Assembly (NCBI RefSeq): GCF_000015145.1
Contig: NC_008818.1
Location: 1,140,001 to 1,172,000, forward strand
DNA: 32,000 nucleotides
DNA from: Hyperthermus butylicus DSM 5456
Lineage (GTDB): Archaea > Thermoproteota > Thermoprotei_A > Sulfolobales > Pyrodictiaceae
Direction: 5' to 3'
In this document: positions 28,233-32,000 of the stretch, piece after piece
Numbering within the stretch: position 1 is the stretch's first letter
Layout of the letters: every line of letters begins with the position of its first letter
Notes under the pieces: model-generated
The model's database searches: none
The model's input: only the letters and a program-made list of their open reading frames with translations
Told to the model about the DNA's origin: nothing
Program-made: the position numbers and the translations under genes

Positions 28233-29676
28233 GGCTAGCTACCACCGGTAGCTTGGCAGCAGCTATCCCCGTTAGGCCGAGCGGCTTAGCCCGTATCCTG
28301 GAGGCTATAGCCCTAACTATGTTCCTCCTAGCCCTTAGCTGGGAGAGCAGCTCTCCCAGCTTCTCCTCGAGGATCCTCGTGTGAAACGCTGCTTTCCTAA
28401 ACCAGTCAGACTCCACGATAGTTCTGAGGAGTTCGAGATTAGTCTTTACGCCTGCGACAACGGTTTCGTGGAGAGCCGCACGTAGCCTTGCAACAGCCTC
28501 AGCACGATCCCTACCCCAGGCGATAACCTTGAGGAGCAGTGTGTCGTAGCGGGTAGAGATCCTTAGCCCCCTCTCGGCGCCAGAGTCGACCCTCACGCCG
28601 GGGCCGCGGGGCTCACGGTACCCGGTTACGACGCCCTCCACGGCTCTGAACCCGTTCTCCGGGTCCTCGGCGTAGATGCGGGCTTCTATCGCCCAGCCGT
28701 GGAGCTTGATGTCCTCTTGTCCGAGCTGGAGCTCGCGGCCAGCAGCTATGAGGAGCTGCTGCTTTACAATATCGATGCCTGTCACCGCCTCTGTGACACC
28801 GTGCTCCACCTGGAGCCTCGCATTAGCCTCTATGAAGTATGGCTGTCCCCTCTCATCAACTATAAACTCTATCGTGCCGGCGCTCTGGTACTCGGCCTCC
28901 TCGGCGAGCCTTAGAGCGTAGTCTACGAGTCTGCTTCTAACCTGCGGCACCTTCTCGGCGAACGGGCTCGGAGCCTCCTCTATAATCTTCTGCCTCCTCC
29001 TCTGGATGGAGCACTCCCTCTCGTAGAGGTGTACCACGTGGCCCTGCCCATCGCCGAGAATCTGCACCTCGATGTGCCTCGGGTTCCTAACATACTTCTC
29101 TATGTAGACCACTCCGGCATCGCCGAAACCATTGCGGGCCTCAAGGCTCACGAGGCGGTAAGCTCTCCTAACCTCCTCGCTATTCGACGCAACCCTCATG
29201 CCCCTACCGCCGCCAGCCTTTGAAGCCTTCAACATCACCGGATATCCTATCCTCTCGGCACACCTCACAGCCTCCTCAGCACTACGAGCTTCGCACCAGG
29301 GAGGCGTGGGCACGCCAACCTTCTCTGCTAGCTGCTTGGCGCGGTGCTTATCGCCTAGGAGCTCCATGGTCTCCGGCTTTGGACCGGCCCAGGATATCCC
29401 GGCGTCGAGCACCTTCCTGGCAAAGGAGGGGTCTTCCGAGAGGAAGCCGTAGCCGGGGTGAAGTATGTCGGCGCCAGCCTTGATGGCCGCCTCCACGACG
29501 GAGTCGGGGTTAGTATAGCTCTCAACCATTACGGAGAACGTGCCAGCCCTAACATGGGGGCTATGGGCGTCGTCGGGGGCGTATATGGTTATAGGCTCCC
29601 AGCCCAGCTCCCTAACGGCGCGAGCGATGCGGATAGCTATCTCGCCACGCGTAGCTACCAACACCCTCAGGGCCAC
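28201..29676 (-). CDS. accC: biotin carboxylase (ATP-grasp) subunit of acyl-CoA carboxylase
   Basis: RVLVATRGEIAIRIARA, HPGYGFLSE, KASKAGGGRGMRV, IEFIVDERGQPYFIEANARLQVEH. 491 aa, GTG start. Confidence 0.95.
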   Translation of the reverse strand: MALRVLVATRGEIAIRIARAVRELGWEPITIYAPDDAHSPHVRAGTFSVMVESYTNPDSVVEAAIKAGADILHPGYGFLSEDPSFARKVLDAGISWAGPKPETMELLGDKHRAKQLAEKVGVPTPPWCEARSAEEAVRCAERIGYPVMLKASKAGGGRGMRVASNSEEVRRAYRLVSLEARNGFGDAGVVYIEKYVRNPRHIEVQILGDGQGHVVHLYERECSIQRRRQKIIEEAPSPFAEKVPQVRSRLVDYALRLAEEAEYQSAGTIEFIVDERGQPYFIEANARLQVEHGVTEAVTGIDIVKQQLLIAAGRELQLGQEDIKLHGWAIEARIYAEDPENGFRAVEGVVTGYREPRGPGVRVDSGAERGLRISTRYDTLLLKVIAWGRDRAEAVARLRAALHETVVAGVKTNLELLRTIVESDWFRKAAFHTRILEEKLGELLSQLRARRNIVRAIASRIRAKPLGLTGIAAAKLPVVASHGWPWPPWRT

Positions 29677-29711
29677 GGTGCTCTACACCCATCACCCTCT
29701 TAGCGGGCCCA

Positions 29712-29728
29712 ACACGTTCGGAACGTGT
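29712..29728. promoter_or_regulatory. perfect 8-1-8 palindrome ACACGTTC-G-GAACGTGT in the accC/birA divergent promoter
   Basis: Read directly. It lies between the accC start (29676) and an AT-rich TATA-like element ATAAATAA (29738..29745). Confidence 0.4.
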
Positions 29729-29774
29729 GGATAGCGGATAAATAAGTAAGGGTTTTTGACAGGTGGCGAGATAG

Positions 29775-30533
29775 GTGTACGGCGGGTGTCGAACACTGTG
29801 CTACTCAGCGCAGCTCCGCCAGGTGCTTGGGCAGCTTAGCGTTTTAGAGGTATACGACGCTATAGATACGACTATGGACGCCACGCCCCCCAGGCTCCCG
29901 GCCGCTGTCGCCGCGCTCACACAGCGCCGGGGCCGTGGCAGAACTGGGGCCTGGCACAGCCCTCGGGGCGGCGCATGGATAACGGTATTCCTCAACGCAC
30001 CGCCCGACCCCAGGCTCCCCACAGCTGTTGGGGGCTACCTCGCAGGGCTCCTCGAGGAGTTCCTATGCGGCGCCGTACACCTCACCGTCAAATGGCCAAA
30101 CGACGTCTACGCGGGCGGGAGGAAGCTCGCCGGCATCCTGGTCGAGCACCGTGCGGGAATGCTACGGGTGGGCGTGGGGGTGAACGTCTACAACGAGCCG
30201 CCGCCGGGCGCGACGTCGCTAGCCCAGCTGGGCTACGGGGGTCCGCTAGCGCTGGTCTACGCCGCCATCATAGAGGCTGTTATGAGGGCTGCGGAGGACC
30301 CCGCAGGCGGCGTCGCGGAGGCTGCCGCCAGGGACATGCTCTGGGGCTGCAGGGTAGCCATAGAATCCCCCGAGGGGCTCGTCGAGGGAGTAGCCAGAGG
30401 CATCACTAGCAGTGGAGCCCTACTCGTCGAGACGGGTGAGGGGACCGTGGAGCTGGCGTGCTGCCACGTAAAAGCCTGGAGCTGCAGTAACACCAGGCCA
30501 GCCACCAAGTCAAGCCCGGCGGGAGGAGACTAG
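29775..30533 (+). CDS. birA: biotin--[acetyl-CoA-carboxylase] ligase (no N-terminal HTH)
   Basis: QRRGRGRTGAWHSPRGG (GRGRxGRxWxSPxG-type biotin/ATP loop) and KWPNDV. Very GC-rich: two hand-counted 60-nt lines gave 82% and 72%. Confidence 0.85.
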   Translation: MYGGCRTLCYSAQLRQVLGQLSVLEVYDAIDTTMDATPPRLPAAVAALTQRRGRGRTGAWHSPRGGAWITVFLNAPPDPRLPTAVGGYLAGLLEEFLCGAVHLTVKWPNDVYAGGRKLAGILVEHRAGMLRVGVGVNVYNEPPPGATSLAQLGYGGPLALVYAAIIEAVMRAAEDPAGGVAEAAARDMLWGCRVAIESPEGLVEGVARGITSSGALLVETGEGTVELACCHVKAWSCSNTRPATKSSPAGGD

Positions 30534-30551
30534 CCCCGGGATGGCCCGGCC

Positions 30552-31082
30552 TTGATACTCTCAGACCGCGACATAGCATGGTACATCGAGAAGGGCCTCC
30601 TCCGGATAGACCCACTACTAGACGACACGATAAGGGAGAACGGCGTGGACCTGCGCCTGGATAGCGAGTTCTGCCGCTTCAACCCAGACGCCCCCGAGCT
30701 AGACACGAGAAAACCATTCAACAGGGAAATCTACTACAACTGCGTGAAGGTAGACCCCGAGCAGGGCTTCACAGTAAAACCCTACGAGCACGTACTAGCC
30801 ACCACAATGGAGACAGTCTGCCTACCCGACGACCTCGTAGGCCTAGTAAACGTGAGAAGCACCTTCGCCAGATACGGCATATTCGTCCCCCCAACCGTAA
30901 TAGACGCCGGGTTCTGCGGACAGATAACAATCGAGATCATAGGCTCCGCCTACCCCGTAAGACTATACCCGGGCCAACGCTTCCTCCACGTAGTCTTCGT
31001 CCGCACAACAAGCCCAGTAGCAAACCCCTACCACGGCAAATACCAGGGACAAAGAGGCGTAACACCACCACGACCAGACTAG
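30552..31082 (+). CDS. dcd: dCTP deaminase (possibly bifunctional dCTP deaminase/dUTPase)
   Basis: MILSDRDIAWYIEKGLLRIDP, NGVDLRL, VNVRSTFARYGIF, DAGFCGQITIEI. 176 aa, TTG start. Confidence 0.9.
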   Translation: MILSDRDIAWYIEKGLLRIDPLLDDTIRENGVDLRLDSEFCRFNPDAPELDTRKPFNREIYYNCVKVDPEQGFTVKPYEHVLATTMETVCLPDDLVGLVNVRSTFARYGIFVPPTVIDAGFCGQITIEIIGSAYPVRLYPGQRFLHVVFVRTTSPVANPYHGKYQGQRGVTPPRPD

Positions 31083-31411
31083 ACAAAGCGAAGCTTCGAA
31101 ACAATCCCATACATAATGCCTAGCTGATTTCCCGCAATTACACTCAGTTTTGCAAATCGCAGGCACAAACATGATCAAATATGCTAAGCTCATCGAAAGA
31201 ATTATACTAGCTACTCACCCTGCTAGCTTGCCTAGTAACAACCCTAACTCTCCCCTAGCTAGCTATACACAGTCTCGCCTGCTCGTGAATCTGCACTGAA
31301 GCACTCACAGTCCCACCTAGACACTAACGACGCGACAGAGGACCTCGCACCAACACTGCAACCCAAATAACCCCCACCCAAACACGATACAACAATACAA
31401 CACGGCCAGAC

Positions 31412-31523
31412 GGGGCCGTCGTCTAGCCTGGCAGGATGCCAGCCTGGGGACGCACCCCGCCGCCCGAAAGGGCGGGCGCCAGAGCGCTGGTGGTCCCGGG
31501 TTCAAATCCCGGCGGCCCCACCA
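31412..31523 (+). tRNA. tRNA-Pro (GGG) with 35-nt intron, CCA encoded
   Basis: GGGGCCG/CGGCCCC acceptor, CCAGC-CTGGGG[intron]-GCTGG anticodon arm, CCGGG-TTCAAAT-CCCGG T-arm. The spliced length is 74 nt. Confidence 0.85.
31450..31485 (+). other. tRNA-Pro intron (35 nt; either 31450..31484 or 31451..31485)
   Basis: Contains the hairpin CCCGCCGCCC-GAAA-GGGCGGGCG and a CCCC run complementary to the GGGG of the anticodon loop. The boundary is ambiguous between 37/38 and 38/39. Confidence 0.7.
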
Positions 31524-31797
31524 TTACTTCTCCCTAATCGCGTCCTGGCTGGCCATTGCTGCTCCCATTTTGGATGCTGAGCGTGTCTCTGCTTCTGGGT
31601 TGTGGCACGAGGGTGCTTGGCGGGTGTAGGAAGCGTGATGGTATTGCTTTGAGCCCTTGTTTGCACGGGGCTGTTTCCATGTCCTCGTCGGGGATTTCGA
31701 CTATGTCTAACTTGCTGCGCCTACGCGATTGGTGCTGGCGGGCATAGGGGTTTCGGAACTCTTTTTCGAACAGGGAAACAGCTACTACGTAGAAGTC

Positions 31798-31805
31798 TTT
31801 TTAAA
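31798..31805 (+). promoter_or_regulatory. TATA box TTTTTAAA upstream of the superoxide reductase gene
   Basis: About 41 nt upstream of TTG 31843. GGTGAGGGG (31831..31839) is an SD at a spacing of 3-5 nt. Confidence 0.4.
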
Positions 31806-31842
31806 CAAGTGTTAAGTATTGGTAGGGTATGGTGAGGGGTTC

Positions 31843-32000
31843 TTGGCTGTCAAGCCTTTCGGGGAGATCATATATTCTCAGGAGAGGGCTAGCGGCGAGG
31901 CCATAAGCAAGGTTGAGACTCATACCCCGAGGATTGAAGCGCCTGACACTGTGAAGGCTGGTGAGCCTTTCCAGGTTCGGATAAGGGTTGGCCCGCATCC
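31843..32000 (+). CDS. sor: superoxide reductase (neelaredoxin-type), 5' partial
   Basis: Own translation: (M)AVKPFGEIIYSQERASGEAISKVETHTPRIEAPDTVKAGEPFQVRIRVGPH. It parallels the SOR N-terminus (K-H-V-P-x-I-E ... V-x-V-x-V-G-x-x-x-H-P). Runs off the window, so it is absent from the track. The antisense 65-aa ORF 31801..31998 is spurious. Confidence 0.65.
   Translation, partial: MAVKPFGEIIYSQERASGEAISKVETHTPRIEAPDTVKAGEPFQVRIRVGPH

Noticed and set aside
31556-31747. 63-aa plus-strand ORF between tRNA-Pro and sor
   Set aside because: Cys/Leu/Gly-rich, with no start context (TATA or SD), in a G/T-skewed intergenic region. It is more likely non-coding.

Overview
This window is a gene-dense (roughly 90% coding) chromosomal segment. 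It looks like a hyperthermophilic crenarchaeon, Desulfurococcales/Pyrodictiaceae-like. The lineage call rests on Cren7 chromatin protein, aTrm56, TFE-alpha, aMBF1, PAN, TmcA, Taw3, archaeal-type tRNAs (two of four with introns next to the anticodon, all four with encoded CCA), AT-rich TATA-like boxes about 25 nt upstream of starts, and GGTG-type Shine-Dalgarno motifs.

Content from left to right:
- A low-GC block of unrecognisable genes, including a 497-codon ORF running off the left edge that the ORF track missed.
- A tRNA-Asn / cren7 / tRNA-Met / wHTH gene / tRNA-Trp cluster.
- ahcY and an RHH plus coiled-coil protein.
- A frameshifted SPOUT-like gene.
- A co-directional mbf1-hflX-trm56-tfe-C5 methyltransferase cluster.
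- pan.
- A PhoH-KH ATPase, HExxH protein and YkgJ-like protein trio.
- taw3.
- Five consecutive stand-alone CBS-domain genes (18 CBS motifs).
- A Mut7-C RNase, a membrane protein, a secreted glycoprotein, tmcA and an M42 aminopeptidase.
- A complete biotin-dependent acyl-CoA carboxylase set (pccB, accB, accC) with birA.
- dcd, tRNA-Pro, and the 5' end of a superoxide reductase gene.

I found no CRISPR array, integrase, transposase or rRNA.

The observations most worth follow-up:
- The tandem CBS array.
- The orphan C5-MTase translationally coupled to tfe.
- The PhoH-KH/HExxH pair, a possible analogue of bacterial ybeZ-ybeY.
- The perfect palindrome in the accC/birA divergent promoter.
- A 0.5-kb strand-asymmetric non-coding spacer inside the carboxylase locus.
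- Two apparent reading-frame or start-codon defects.

All family assignments come from motif recognition by eye. No database search was run.
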